NCBI GenBank assembly: GCA_963697435.1
Contig: CAVOOB010000002.1
Location: 587,681-651,680, forward strand
Reading direction: 5' to 3'
DNA from: an uncultured Gemmatimonadales bacterium
Lineage (GTDB): Bacteria > Gemmatimonadota > Gemmatimonadetes > Gemmatimonadales > GWC2-71-9
Length of the DNA: 64,000 nt
The notes beneath the pieces are model-generated. The model was not told the origin of the DNA, made no database searches, and saw only the letters and a list, made by a program, of their open reading frames with translations. The number at the start of each line of letters is the position of its first letter. Position 1 is the first letter of the stretch. Made by a program: the position numbers and the translations under genes. Below, piece by piece: positions 49,355-61,223 of this stretch.

Positions 49355-49990
49355 ATGGCCATGGACACCGCCTCCGATTCCCGTACCGGCATCCTCGACG
49401 CCGCCGAGCAGCTCTTTGCCCGGCGGGGGTTCCGGTCCACCACGATCAAGGCGATCGCCGGCGCGGCGGGCGTCAACACCGCCCTCCTCTACTACTACTT
49501 CCCGGACAAGCAGGGGCTCTACCACGCCGTCCTTGAGCGCGCGTTCGGAGGGTTGATCGGTGAGGGCGAGGATCGACTCAGGGGCGATCACGATCCCGAG
49601 CAGGCGGTCCGGGCATTCGTGGCGCTGCAGGCGTCCTACTTCGGGCGACATCCCAACCGCCCCCATCTCTTTGTCCGCGAGCTCCTCGACCACGGGGCGG
49701 AGCACGCGGCCGGCCAGCTGACGCGGCTCGCCGCCACCCTCTTCCGGCGCCTCTGTGACATCATCGAGCGAGGCCAGGCCGCCGGCCAGTTTCGTCCCGA
49801 TCTCGATCCACGCCGGGCCGCCATCTCTGTCATCAGCCAGGTCGCCTGGTTCCAGGTCGCCCGCCCCGCCATCGGGATCCTGGTCGGCGCTGGTACCGCC
49901 GGCCCCACGCCCGGCTGGTCCGATGCGTTCGCCGCGCACGCGGCCGACTTCGCCGTCTCCGCGCTTCGTCCCACGAGGATCCCATCATGA
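49355..49990 (+). CDS. TetR/AcrR-family regulator (CecR-like)
   Basis: ILDAAEQLFARRGFRSTTIKAIAGAAGVNTALLYYYFPDKQGLY helix-turn-helix. Confidence 0.92.
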   Translation: MAMDTASDSRTGILDAAEQLFARRGFRSTTIKAIAGAAGVNTALLYYYFPDKQGLYHAVLERAFGGLIGEGEDRLRGDHDPEQAVRAFVALQASYFGRHPNRPHLFVRELLDHGAEHAAGQLTRLAATLFRRLCDIIERGQAAGQFRPDLDPRRAAISVISQVAWFQVARPAIGILVGAGTAGPTPGWSDAFAAHAADFAVSALRPTRIPS

Positions 49991-50967
49991 TGTCTGCTCG
50001 CACTCTCCTGCTCGCCACGATCGTTGCGCTCACAGCTTGCGGTCGCGATACGCCCGAGGACGTCGTCGCGACCGGCACGCTGCAGGTCGATGAGGTGGAT
50101 ATCGGCCCGATCGTCGCCTCCCGCGTGGTTCGGGTGTTTGTCGAGGAGGGCGACTCCGTCTTCCCGGGTGACACGCTCGCCACGCTGACGCAGGCGACGC
50201 TCGGCCCCGACCTCGCCATTCGCGAGGCGCGCCTCCAGGCGGCGCAGGCCCAGTTGCTCGACCTGGAGCGGGGCGCCCGGCCGGCGGAACTGCAGCGGGC
50301 GACGGCGCAGCTGGATGCTGCCGCAGCCGAAGCGGAGCGGACGGCGGTCGAACTGGTGCGGGCGCAGCGGCTCATGGAAGCGGGCAACATCAGCCAGCAG
50401 CAGCTCGACAATGCACAGGCGACCGCCACCTCCGCCGCCGCGACGCGGGATGCTGCCGACGCGACCCTGCAATTGTTGCGGGAAGGTGCGCGTGTGGAGC
50501 AGGTCAGGGCCGCGCGCGCCGAGGTGGCGAGCGCCCGCGGAGCCGTGGCCGCGGTCCAGGCAACCGTCGAGGAACTGGTGTTGATCTCGACGGTACCCGG
50601 GGTGGTCTCGGGTCGGCATGTGCAGCCGGGCGAAGTGGTCGGCGCCGGCCAGTCCGCCATCACGGTCGCGCGCGCGCAGCGACCGTGGGCACGCATCTAC
50701 GTCGCGGAACGCGCGCTGCCGTTTGTCCGCGCCGGGCAGGAAGTCGTCGGGGTGCTCGACGGTGTCGACGCGACGCAATTCGCGGGAACGGTCGACCATA
50801 TCAGTACCAGCGCGGAATTCACGCCGCGTGTGGCGCTCACGGAGCGGGAACGCGCAGACCTGGTCTTTGGCGTCAAGATCTACTTCGACCCCGACCCCTC
50901 CGGCCTCCTCAAAGCGGGGCTGCCGATCACGGTCACGATTCCGGTGACGGCGGCCGGGACGCCATGA
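49987..50967 (+). CDS. HlyD-family periplasmic adaptor (YbhG-like), lipoprotein
   Basis: LTAC lipobox, FVEEGDSV, coiled-coil hairpin, AEFTPR...VFGVKI. Confidence 0.9.
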   Translation: MMSARTLLLATIVALTACGRDTPEDVVATGTLQVDEVDIGPIVASRVVRVFVEEGDSVFPGDTLATLTQATLGPDLAIREARLQAAQAQLLDLERGARPAELQRATAQLDAAAAEAERTAVELVRAQRLMEAGNISQQQLDNAQATATSAAATRDAADATLQLLREGARVEQVRAARAEVASARGAVAAVQATVEELVLISTVPGVVSGRHVQPGEVVGAGQSAITVARAQRPWARIYVAERALPFVRAGQEVVGVLDGVDATQFAGTVDHISTSAEFTPRVALTERERADLVFGVKIYFDPDPSGLLKAGLPITVTIPVTAAGTP

Positions 50968-51710
50968 ACGACCATGTGGCCATTCACAGCGAGGGCCTTC
51001 GCAAGGTCTTCGGCGACCTCGCTGCCGTGGAGGGACTCGACCTCACCGTGGAGCGGGGTGAAGTCTTCGGGTTGCTGGGGCCGAACGGGTCCGGAAAGAC
51101 CACCACCATCCGCATGCTGACCGGGCTGATGGCGCCCACGAGTGGTCGCGCCTGGATCGATGGCGTGGACGTGACCGCCTCGCCGGAACAGGTGCGCCGC
51201 CGGATCGGCTACATGTCGCAGCGGTTCGGGCTCTACGACGACCTGACCGTCGAGGAGAACATGCGCTTCTACGCCTCCGTGTACGGTCTCCGGGGGGCCG
51301 CCCGCGCCCGCCGGCTGGAGGAGCTCGTGGAGGAGCTCGGGTTCGGCGAGCGCATCCACCAGATGGCCGGAACGCTGAGCGGGGGGTGGAAGCAGCGCCT
51401 CGCTTTGGCCTGTGCCACCGCGCACCGTCCGCGGGTGCTCTTCCTCGATGAGCCGACGGCCGGCGTGGATCCTGCCGCGCGCCGGCAGTTCTGGGAGTTG
51501 ATCTACGAGTTCGCCCGGCGGGGCATCACGATCCTGGTCACCACCCACTACATGGACGAAGCGGAGCGATGCCACCGCCTGGCGTTCCTGTCACGGGGGC
51601 ACCTCATCGCCGTCGGGACGGCGGACGAGGTCCGCAGGCAGTTTGACCAACCCAGCATCGAGGACGTCTTCATCGAGCTGCAGCGCCGCGACGAGGGCGC
51701 GACCGTATGA
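50964..51710 (+). CDS. ABC transporter ATP-binding protein
   Basis: GPNGSGKTT, LSGGWKQR, LFLDEPT, TTHYMDEAE. Confidence 0.93.
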   Translation: MNDHVAIHSEGLRKVFGDLAAVEGLDLTVERGEVFGLLGPNGSGKTTTIRMLTGLMAPTSGRAWIDGVDVTASPEQVRRRIGYMSQRFGLYDDLTVEENMRFYASVYGLRGAARARRLEELVEELGFGERIHQMAGTLSGGWKQRLALACATAHRPRVLFLDEPTAGVDPAARRQFWELIYEFARRGITILVTTHYMDEAERCHRLAFLSRGHLIAVGTADEVRRQFDQPSIEDVFIELQRRDEGATV

Positions 51711-52837
51711 GCCTCCGCCAGCGGATCGCCGGCTCCACCATCTGGCCGATGCTCTGGAAGGAATTCATCCAGATGCGTCGCGACCGCCTGACCCTCGGCA
51801 TGATGCTCGGAATTCCGGCCATCCAACTGGCCATGTTCGGCTACGCGATCCAGACCGAGGTGCGCCACCTCCCCACCGTTGTCCTCGATGAATCACGCAG
51901 CGCGGAAAGCCTGGCACTGGTCGACCAGCTTCGGAGCACGGGGAACTTCAACATCGTCGGATATGTGGCGGACCGGAAGGCACTGGACGATGAGATCCGC
52001 GGCGGGCGCGCCATGGCTGGCGTCGTGATCCCGCCGACCTATCTGACCGATCTCCGGCGCGGACGGACGGCACAGGCCCAGGTCATCGTGGACGCCGCGG
52101 ATCCCCTCGCCTCCAGCTCCGCCATGGCGGGCGCGGCCCAGGCGGGGGCGGCCCGCTCCACCGCGATCCTGGCCCGGACGACCGGCCGCGCCCCGCCGCT
52201 CGAGATCCGGGTTCGCCCCTGGTACAACCCGGGGCTCCGGAGCGCGGTCTACATCGTGCCCGGCATCATCGGCGTGCTGCTGTCGGTCACCATGATCCTC
52301 ATCACGTCGATGTCGATCGTGCGCGAACGGGAGCGGGGCACGTTGGAGCAGCTCATCGTCACGCCGATCGACAAGACCAGTCTCATGGTGGGGAAGATCG
52401 TTCCCTTCATCATGGTCGGCTACGTGCAGATGTCGGTGATCCTGATCCTCGGGTTCCTGCTCTTCGATGTCCCCATCCGCGGGAGCCTGCTGTTGCTGTA
52501 CGCTCTGACCTTCGCCTTCATCGTGGCCAGCCTCGCCATGGGGCTCTTCATCTCCACCGTGGTCCGTTCCCAGGCGCAGGCGATGCAGCTCGGCTTCTTC
52601 TTTCTCCTCCCGAACATCCTTCTCTCCGGATTCATGTTCCCGCGCGAGGCGATGCCGGTGGCCGCGCAGTGGATTGGGCTGGTGCTGCCACTGACCCACT
52701 TCCTGAAGGTGCTCCGTGGAATCATCCTGAAGGACATCGGGATCGTCGAGCTCTGGAACCCGACGCTGGTGCTCGTCTTCCTGGCCACGGTCTTCCTGGT
52801 CCTCAGCGTCCGGCGCTTCAGCAAGCGGATCGACTAG
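51707..52837 (+). CDS. ABC-2 permease (YbhR/S-like)
   Basis: KEFIQMRRD, WYNPGL, RERERGTLEQLIVTP, LSGFMFPREAMP. Confidence 0.92.
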   Translation: MSLRQRIAGSTIWPMLWKEFIQMRRDRLTLGMMLGIPAIQLAMFGYAIQTEVRHLPTVVLDESRSAESLALVDQLRSTGNFNIVGYVADRKALDDEIRGGRAMAGVVIPPTYLTDLRRGRTAQAQVIVDAADPLASSSAMAGAAQAGAARSTAILARTTGRAPPLEIRVRPWYNPGLRSAVYIVPGIIGVLLSVTMILITSMSIVRERERGTLEQLIVTPIDKTSLMVGKIVPFIMVGYVQMSVILILGFLLFDVPIRGSLLLLYALTFAFIVASLAMGLFISTVVRSQAQAMQLGFFFLLPNILLSGFMFPREAMPVAAQWIGLVLPLTHFLKVLRGIILKDIGIVELWNPTLVLVFLATVFLVLSVRRFSKRID

Positions 52838-52840
52838 GGA

Positions 52841-53584
52841 TCAAAACCGCCGTTTCCGTGCTGGCAGCCCCAGCGCGTCATTCAGCCACCGCACCAGCGG
52901 CCGCAGCGCGAGAAAGTCCCTGGCCAGCGTCGCTGGCAGCCGGGGGCTCGTCACCATCGCCGTGGTGAGCGCCCGCGACACGATGAACGACTTGTAGCGC
53001 AGCCACTCCTCCGCCTTGTGCCCGGGCGCGTAGCCGCGCGGGAGCCGCTTCAGCATCGCCTCCTCGCTCAGCCGTCCATACTTGCGGCGGAACGCGGGTG
53101 CCCGGACGATGCTGGCAAAACCAGCCGGGTCTTTCGCGAGCGCGGTCCGCAGCCTGGCGAGCGCCCCGGCGCCGGGCATCCAGATGCCTCCGGCCACGAA
53201 GCAGCCCGCCGGTTCCAGGTGGACGTAGTAGCCGGCGCCCCCTTCGCCATCCTGGCCCACGCCACGTCCGGCGTCCTGGTGGTAGAACCAGCATCCGGTG
53301 TTGGTCTTGTAGGGGGACTTGTCCTTCGAGAAGCGCACATCGCGGTGGATCCGGAACATCGAGCGGCGCGGGTCGCCGATGATCTCTGGCGCGATGGAGG
53401 CGAGGCGAACATCCATCTCTTCCACGAGGGCTGCCATCGGTCGCCGCAGACTCTCCTCGTACCGCGTCCGGTTGGCGGTGAACCATTCCCGGTTGTTGTT
53501 GCGCGCGAGCGCGCGGAGGAAGGCAAGGCTATCGGGGCCGAGGACGGCCGGCTGGCCGCGCCCTGGCGCAGGCTTGCTTGGCAT
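52841..53584 (-). CDS. DUF2461 (TIGR02453) family protein
   Basis: FLRALARNNNREWF, FRIHRDVRFSKDKSPYKT, LKRLPRGY. Confidence 0.9.
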   Translation of the reverse strand: MPSKPAPGRGQPAVLGPDSLAFLRALARNNNREWFTANRTRYEESLRRPMAALVEEMDVRLASIAPEIIGDPRRSMFRIHRDVRFSKDKSPYKTNTGCWFYHQDAGRGVGQDGEGGAGYYVHLEPAGCFVAGGIWMPGAGALARLRTALAKDPAGFASIVRAPAFRRKYGRLSEEAMLKRLPRGYAPGHKAEEWLRYKSFIVSRALTTAMVTSPRLPATLARDFLALRPLVRWLNDALGLPARKRRF

Positions 53585-53703
53585 GAGTGGCACTCTCCTT
53601 TGTCGGATCGCTTGCCCTCGACGTGCATGGCGTCCTACAATTATGCCACGGATCGCCGCTGTGCGCCGACGGCGCCGAGTTGCCCCCTCCCCGATGAGGT
53701 GTC

Positions 53704-55404
53704 ATGGATTCCGCTCCACCGCCCGCCGCTGACGTGACGCCAGTGGCCGTTCCCGCGGGGCGGCGCGGACTCGGGTGGGCACTTCCCTCCCCGCGACGGC
53801 TCATCGCCTGGCTCTTCGCGGCGCGGATGGTGCTGGCGGTGGCCACGCTGCTCGGCGCCTCGCTCTCCTGGACCCGGTCGCCGGACGTCTCGTTCATCGT
53901 CACGATCTCGGTCCTCTTTGCCTTCACCGTCACCGCCTACGGCTGGTGGGCGGTCTGGATCAAGAACCGGGATGCCGGTCCGGTGTTCCTCACCGTCCAG
54001 GCGGTAGTGGATCTTGGGCTCGTCACCACCCTCGTCCACTTCACCGGAGGGGCGGAGAGCCCGCTCTCCGCGCTCTATGTGGTGGTGCTGGCTGCTTACG
54101 CCGTGCTGTTGCCGCTCTGGGCCGGGATTATGGTCTCACTCCTGGCCAGCGCACTCTATTTCGCGGCTGGCATGCTCGGTGGTGGGGGGCTCGGCCTCCC
54201 CTTCTGGGGCCAGGTGGTCATCTTCAACACGGTCTTCGGGATCGTGGCCGCGCTTGGAGCGCGCCTCCGCCAGGCCGGTGCGGAGCAGGACACGCTGGAA
54301 TTGGAGTTGCGGCGCGTCCGCCTCGAGGCAGACGACATCCTGCTCAATATCAGGTCCGGGGTGCTGACCGTGGACGGATTCGGGCGACTCGCCTTCATCA
54401 ACCCGACCGCCGAACGTTTGCTCGGCATCGACGGGGGAACGCAAGTCGGCCTGCCGATCCTCGACCACCTGAAGTCCAAGAGCTCTGAGTTGTGGGCATG
54501 TCTGGTGGCGGGCATCCGCAGCGGCCGCAAGGTGAATCGCGCCGAGGGGATCGTCTTTCGCGAGGACGGGAGTTCCTTTCCAATCGGCCTCATGACAACG
54601 ACGTTTGCTCGCGATACCTCTCAGCACCCTTCGGTCACGGCGCTCTTCAACGATATTTCGGAGAGCAAGCACTTGCAGGAACTCCACCTGCGCGCCGAGC
54701 GGCTGGAGGCGGTGGCCTCGCTGAGCGCGTCGCTGGCGCACGAGATCCGGAACCCCCTCGCCTCCATCCGCAGCTCGGTGGAGCAACTCGCTGCGGCGAC
54801 GGGCGCTGGGGAGGACGAGCGGGTGCTCGCCGCACTCATTGTGCGGGAGGCCGACCGGCTCAGCCGGCTCCTGAACGAGTTTCTCGACTTTTCCCGCGTG
54901 CGCGCGGCGCGGCGAGAACCGGTGGACCTGCGGGAGATCGCGACGGCCGCGGTGCACCTGGTCGAGGCACACCCAGAGTGCCACGCCGATTCGGTGTTGC
55001 AGGTGACCGGTCCCGCGACCATGATCGACGCGGACGAAGACCTCCTGCATCGGGTCATCGCCAATCTCGTCCTGAACGCGGTGCAGGCCGCGGCGGGGCC
55101 GGTGCAGGTCACGGTGACGATCGGCCCCGCCATGCAGAGCGACGTGCCGAGGGGCAGCGGGATCGAATCACCCATCCGTCTCGACGTGAGCGACGACGGT
55201 CCGGGGATCCCGGAGGATCTCACCGACCGCCTCTTCCAGCCCTTCGTGAGCGGCCGTCCCGGCGGCAGCGGGCTCGGTCTCGCAATTGTCCAGCGCGCGG
55301 TGGAGGCGCACCGGGGTTTGATTACGGTTGCCTCGACGGTAGGCGAGGGAACCACTTTCACCATATTCCTGCCCGCCAAATGGTCGGCCGAGGAAGACGA
55401 ATGA
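53704..55404 (+). CDS. PilS-like membrane sensor histidine kinase (PAS-HisKA-HATPase)
   Basis: About six TM with TGGAESP; PAS; LAHEIRNPL; NLVLNA; DDGPG; GSGLGL. Confidence 0.9.
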   Translation: MDSAPPPAADVTPVAVPAGRRGLGWALPSPRRLIAWLFAARMVLAVATLLGASLSWTRSPDVSFIVTISVLFAFTVTAYGWWAVWIKNRDAGPVFLTVQAVVDLGLVTTLVHFTGGAESPLSALYVVVLAAYAVLLPLWAGIMVSLLASALYFAAGMLGGGGLGLPFWGQVVIFNTVFGIVAALGARLRQAGAEQDTLELELRRVRLEADDILLNIRSGVLTVDGFGRLAFINPTAERLLGIDGGTQVGLPILDHLKSKSSELWACLVAGIRSGRKVNRAEGIVFREDGSSFPIGLMTTTFARDTSQHPSVTALFNDISESKHLQELHLRAERLEAVASLSASLAHEIRNPLASIRSSVEQLAAATGAGEDERVLAALIVREADRLSRLLNEFLDFSRVRAARREPVDLREIATAAVHLVEAHPECHADSVLQVTGPATMIDADEDLLHRVIANLVLNAVQAAAGPVQVTVTIGPAMQSDVPRGSGIESPIRLDVSDDGPGIPEDLTDRLFQPFVSGRPGGSGLGLAIVQRAVEAHRGLITVASTVGEGTTFTIFLPAKWSAEEDE

Positions 55405-56781
55405 GCACCCAGCCCACATTGTTGATTGTCGATGACGAGTCCGGCATTCTCGACACGCTGCGCATCCTCCTGAAGAAGGAAGGGTTCGAGGTGACCACTG
55501 CCCAGGGGGGCAAGGCGGGCCTCGAGGCGATCCGCACCGGTCAGTTCGACATCGTCCTGAGCGACGTGCGCATGCCGCAGGTGACCGGTATCGACATCCT
55601 GCAGGCTGCCCGCGACCAGGACCCGATGACGCCCGTCATCCTGATGACCGCGCAGGCCTCACTCCAGACCGCCATCGGCGCGGTCAACGCCGGTGCCTTC
55701 TACTACATCCAGAAGCCGTTCGCCAACGACGAACTGCTGGCCATTCTCCGGCGGGCCGCCGAGTTCCGCTCGGTCCGGGTCGAGAACAAGCAGCTCAAGC
55801 AGGAAATCAAGCGACGGGATCGGGGGGGTGTCACCCGGCCGATCGGGAAATCCAAGCGGTTCCTCGATGTGCTCAAGCTCGCGGAGCAGGTGGCGCCGAC
55901 CGACTCCACCGTGCTCATCGGCGGGGAGAGCGGCACCGGCAAGGAAGTGGTGGCGCGGCATATCCATTTCCTGTCCGACCGGGCCGAGGGGCCGTTCTTC
56001 AGCATCAACTGCGGGGCGCTGCCGGAGAACCTGCTGGAGAGCGAACTCTTTGGGCATGTGAAGGGATCGTTCACCGGCGCGGTGCGCGACAAGCAGGGCC
56101 TCTTCGCGGCGGCCCGGGGGGGCACCTTCTTCCTCGACGAGGTCGGCGAAATGCCGCCGTCGCTGCAGATCAAGCTGCTCCGCGTGCTCCAGGAGCGCGA
56201 AGTGATCCCGGTCGGCGCCACGGAGGCGATTCCGGTGGATGTGCGGATCGTCGCCGCCACGAACCGGGAACTCGAGGAGGAGATCCGGCGGGGCACCTTC
56301 CGTTCGGATCTCTTCTATCGCCTCAACGTCATCGCCCTCGATCTGCCGCCCCTGCGCGACCGCCGCGACGACCTGCTTCTCCTGGTCGAGTGGTTCCTCC
56401 AGGGGATGGCCACGCAGGCTGGGACGCGAGCCGAAGGCGCTTTCGTCCGAGGCGCTCGACGCGGTGATGGTCTACGACTGGCCCGGCAATGTGCGCGAGC
56501 TCGAGAATGCGCTGGAGCACGCCGTCGTGCTGACGCGCGGCAATCTCATCGAGCCTCAGCACCTCCCCGAACGGATCACCCGGCGGCGGAAGGAACCGCT
56601 GGTCACCGATCGTTCGTACAAGAATCCGGCCCTGGATGTGATCGAGCGGGCCTACATCATGTGGGTGCTGCAGGCAGAGGGGGGGAACAAGACCCGGGCG
56701 GCGGAGGTCCTGGGGATCGATCCCTCCACCTTATATAGGAAGCTGAGCCGGTACGAGGAGACGGCCGCGCCGGCGGAATAA
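55401..56781 (+). CDS. PilR-like sigma54 response regulator (+1 frameshift near 56418)
   Basis: Receiver domain (IVDDE, DVRMP), [22 protein letters not shown]; the next frame continues with [12 protein letters not shown] and the Fis-type [23 protein letters not shown]. Confidence 0.88.
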
Positions 56782-56799
56782 CGTCACCCCCACCCCGAT

Positions 56800-56867
56800 C
56801 GTCACCCCGGCGAAAGCCGGGGCCCATGGTTTCGGGGAAAATGGATCCCGGGTGCGCCGGGATGACG
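56800..56867. repeat. REP doublet (two inverted REP-like palindromes)
   Basis: CGTCACCCCGGCGAAAGCCGGGGCCCAT, 13-nt spacer, then the reverse complement of CGTCATCCCGGCGCACCCGGGATCCAT. Confidence 0.75.
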
Positions 56868-57026
56868 GCCGGCCGCCCTTCTGCCTCCCTGCTCCGCCTC
56901 CCGCCTCCTGCCTCCCCCCGCCCTTGCAAAATCCCCCTCCGATGCCTTGCAAGCCGCCATGCAAGCCTTGGCATGCTCGTCCATAACTTCATGTAATTAA
57001 ATCGGTTACACCGTCAACCCTGTGGG

Positions 57027-57041
57027 TGGCATAGTCGTTGC
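57027..57041 (+). promoter_or_regulatory. Sigma54 -24/-12 promoter of the major pilin
   Basis: TGGCATAGTCGTTGC (GG-N10-GC); AT-rich tract at ~56983-57010 and repeated TGCAA motifs at ~56924-56965 upstream. Confidence 0.8.
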
Positions 57042-57128
57042 CCTTCCATCGGCCCGGGAAGGAATTTGAAGGGACCGATCACGGTCAGCAGCACAGTGCA
57101 GGAATCATTCTCTCTGGAGGTTGTACCC

Positions 57129-57539
57129 ATGTTGAACCGCAAGGGCTTTACCCTGATCGAGCTGCTGATTGTCGTGGTCATTATCGGCATTCTGGCAGCC
57201 ATCGCGATTCCGAAGTTCGCGAGCACGAAGGAGAAGGCGTACCTGGCCTCGATGAAGTCCGACCTGCGCAACGGCGCGACCGCTCAGGAAGGCTACTTCG
57301 CCGACAACCAGGTTTACCTCAGCGGCGCCGCCAGCAACCTGGCCGGCGTGGCCACCCCGCTCGTCGCGATGGGCAACTACGTCCCGTCGGCTGGCGTGAC
57401 GGTGACCTTTACCGCGACTGCGGGTACCGGTTGGAGCGCGGTTTCCACGCACACCGCGACCGCGAAGACCTGCTCGATCTTCATCGGTGTCGCGGCGGTT
57501 GCCCCGGCCACGGTTGAAGGCGAGCCGAAGTGCACCTGA
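57129..57539 (+). CDS. pilA: Major type IV pilin
   Basis: GGAGG RBS; MLNRKG/FTLIELLIVVVIIGILAAIAIPKF; C-terminal Cys pair. Confidence 0.9.
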   Translation: MLNRKGFTLIELLIVVVIIGILAAIAIPKFASTKEKAYLASMKSDLRNGATAQEGYFADNQVYLSGAASNLAGVATPLVAMGNYVPSAGVTVTFTATAGTGWSAVSTHTATAKTCSIFIGVAAVAPATVEGEPKCT

Positions 57540-57572
57540 GCCTAGCTTAGGCTCTCCAGGGCACCTTGAATC

Positions 57573-57604
57573 GGGGCGGCGGTCTAAGGGTCGCCGTCCC
57601 TTTT
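57573..57604 (+). terminator. Intrinsic terminator after the first pilin
   Basis: GGGGCGGCGG...TCGCCGTCCC stem followed by TTTT. Confidence 0.7.
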
Positions 57605-57629
57605 CACACCCTCTCACGGGATCTCACCC

Positions 57630-58091
57630 ATGCGCGAAGACATCCGGCAGGACATGAAGAACCGGGCCGCAAGCTCCACCGAGGCGAGCCGTGGGTTCGC
57701 ACCGGCGGGCCGGGCCGGCTTCACCCTGATCGAGCTGCTCATCGTCGTGGTGATCATCGGGATCCTGGCCTCCATCGCGATCCCGAAGTTTGGGAGCACG
57801 AAGGAGCGCGCCTACCTGGCCAAGATGAAGGGCGACCTTCGCAACCTGGCCACGGCGCAGGAGTCGTACAACACGGACAACCAGACCTACTACGGCGGGG
57901 CTGTGCCGAATGCGATTCTGGCGTACAACCCGTCGAGCGGCACCTCGATCACCATCACCGCGGCTAACGCCGGTGGCTGGAGCGCCACGGCGACCTACAC
58001 CGGGACCGCCAAGACCTGTGCACTCTATTTCGGCAGTGCCGCCCCGGTGGCGCCGGCCACGAGCGAGGGGCAGGTCGCCTGCGACCCGTAA
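57630..58091 (+). CDS. Second type IV pilin (paralogue of the first)
   Basis: RAG/FTLIELLIVVVIIGILASIAIPKF; KTC...EGQVAC; start codon uncertain. Confidence 0.88.
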   Translation: MREDIRQDMKNRAASSTEASRGFAPAGRAGFTLIELLIVVVIIGILASIAIPKFGSTKERAYLAKMKGDLRNLATAQESYNTDNQTYYGGAVPNAILAYNPSSGTSITITAANAGGWSATATYTGTAKTCALYFGSAAPVAPATSEGQVACDP

Positions 58092-58104
58092 CGGGGGCCG
58101 CGAC

Positions 58105-59299
58105 GTGACCCGCGGATCGGGGCCGCCACACGACGGGCCGCCTGGCGGCCTGCCGGGCGGCCCGCTTCGTTCGCTCCGGACCGAGCTGCTCTTCAACCTG
58201 GCGTTCCTGACTTCGGCGGCGGTGGTCCTCGCCAGCCTGACGACCCTCCTGGTCGCCTCGCTGGATCCGGACGCCGCCGTTTGGACGCTCTGGATTCTCT
58301 GGGCCGCGAGCACCGTGCTCTTCGTGCTCTTCGGCCGCCACCTGGTGCGGCGACTGGTCCTCACGCCACTCGGTGAGCTGTCGGCTGAGGCCGATCGTCT
58401 GGCCAGCGGCGACGTCTCCGCACCGCCGCGGGCCTTCGAGACCCGGGAATTGGCGCACCTCGCCGACCGCTTTCACTCGATGGCCGAACAGCTCCTCGAC
58501 GTGCAGAGCCAGGCGGTACGCGCCGAGAAGCTGGCAGGCGTCGGACGCCTGGCCGCCGGGGTCGCGCACGAGATTCGAAATCCTCTCGGCGCGTTCGGTA
58601 CCTACGTCGAGGTGCTCCGGCAGCGCGGGGCCGATGCCACTCTCGTCGAGGGGATGCGCCGCGAAGTGGCGCGCATGGATCGCATTGTCGAAGGGCTGCT
58701 CGACTACGCGCGGCCGGGCGCGCCGTCGGGCGACGCCTCGCTGGCGGAGATCGCACGAGATGTGGTCGGCTTCCTCGGTGACCAGGGCGCGCTCAAGGCC
58801 CACGAGGTTGTGCTCGAGGTCAGCGACTCCCTGCGTCCCGTGCGCGGCGATCGGAAGGCGCTCGAACAGGTGCTCGTCAACCTGATGCTCAATGCCCGCG
58901 ACGCCTCCCCCGAGGGGGGGCGGATCTGGGTCGGGGCCGTGCCGAAAACCTTTGTTCCTCGCAACGTGCCAGAGCTTCGGGCGGGGGACGGCAACGGGGC
59001 CGGGGGAACGCCAGACCGCCCCGGAGCCGCTGGCCGGCGTCCCTGGCGGCCGGACCTCCCCGCGGGGACCGCCGGGGGGCTGTTGTACGTGGCCGACGAG
59101 GGCCCTGGTGTGCCCGAGGATGAGCGAGAACGCATTTTCGACCCCTTTTACACCACCAAGGACCCCGGCAAGGGCACGGGGCTCGGTCTGGCCATCGTGG
59201 CGCGGACTGTGCATGACGCGGGTGGTGTAGTCTGGGTCGACCGCGCCCGAGAGGGCGGGGCGGTCTTCAAGGTTTTCCTGCCACAGGCAGAGGCGGTTG

Positions 59300-59319
<20 letters not shown>
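58105..59319 (+). CDS. HAMP sensor histidine kinase
   Basis: Two [34 protein letters not shown]...GTGLGL. Confidence 0.9.
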
Positions 59320-60682
<1,363 letters not shown>

Positions 60683-60809
60683 TGTCGGTCATTCTCCCTC
60701 CCCACGAGGTGGAGAGGGAGCCAGGGGGTGAGGCGAATACCGCGTGCATGGGCTCCCATGCGCGCGTTTTGTATTGCGGTCGACGGCGCGACGCACGCTA
60801 TGCTCACGC

Positions 60810-61223
60810 ATGCACCCCCTCCTTCTCTCCCACGCCAGCCATGCATGCCCGCACCGCCGGTGCCGCCGCCGGGGATTCACCCTCCTTGAGGTGATGATCG
60901 CGAGCCTCCTTCTCACGGCAGGGGTCGGGGCGCTGCTTGGTACCGCGGCGCTGACGATTCGCCTGACCGCCCGCGGTCGCCAATCCACACGTGCGCTGGA
61001 GGTGGCCATGGCACAGCTCGAATCGATGCGGGCCGAGGCGGCCCGTGCACCCACCTATTGCGGCGGCCTCAGCGGCGGCGCCGACTCGGCGGGCGACGGC
61101 ACGGTGTGGCATTGGGCGGTCGCATCCGTCGGGGCACTGCAGGAGGCGTCGGTGGTCGTATCGGTGCCGGTCCCTGGCGGGCGCGACACTGACACGCTCC
61201 GCGCGTCGCTCTGGTGTCCCTGA
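60810..61223 (+). CDS. Minor pilin, PilV-like
   Basis: RRRG/FTLLEVMIASLLL prepilin motif. Confidence 0.78.
   Translation: MHPLLLSHASHACPHRRCRRRGFTLLEVMIASLLLTAGVGALLGTAALTIRLTARGRQSTRALEVAMAQLESMRAEAARAPTYCGGLSGGADSAGDGTVWHWAVASVGALQEASVVVSVPVPGGRDTDTLRASLWCP

Noticed and set aside
60783-60799. Sigma54 promoter upstream of the minor pilins (CGGCGCGACGCACGCT)
   Set aside because: GG-N10-GC spacing is present but the match to TGGCAC/TTGC is poor and expected by chance at this GC content.
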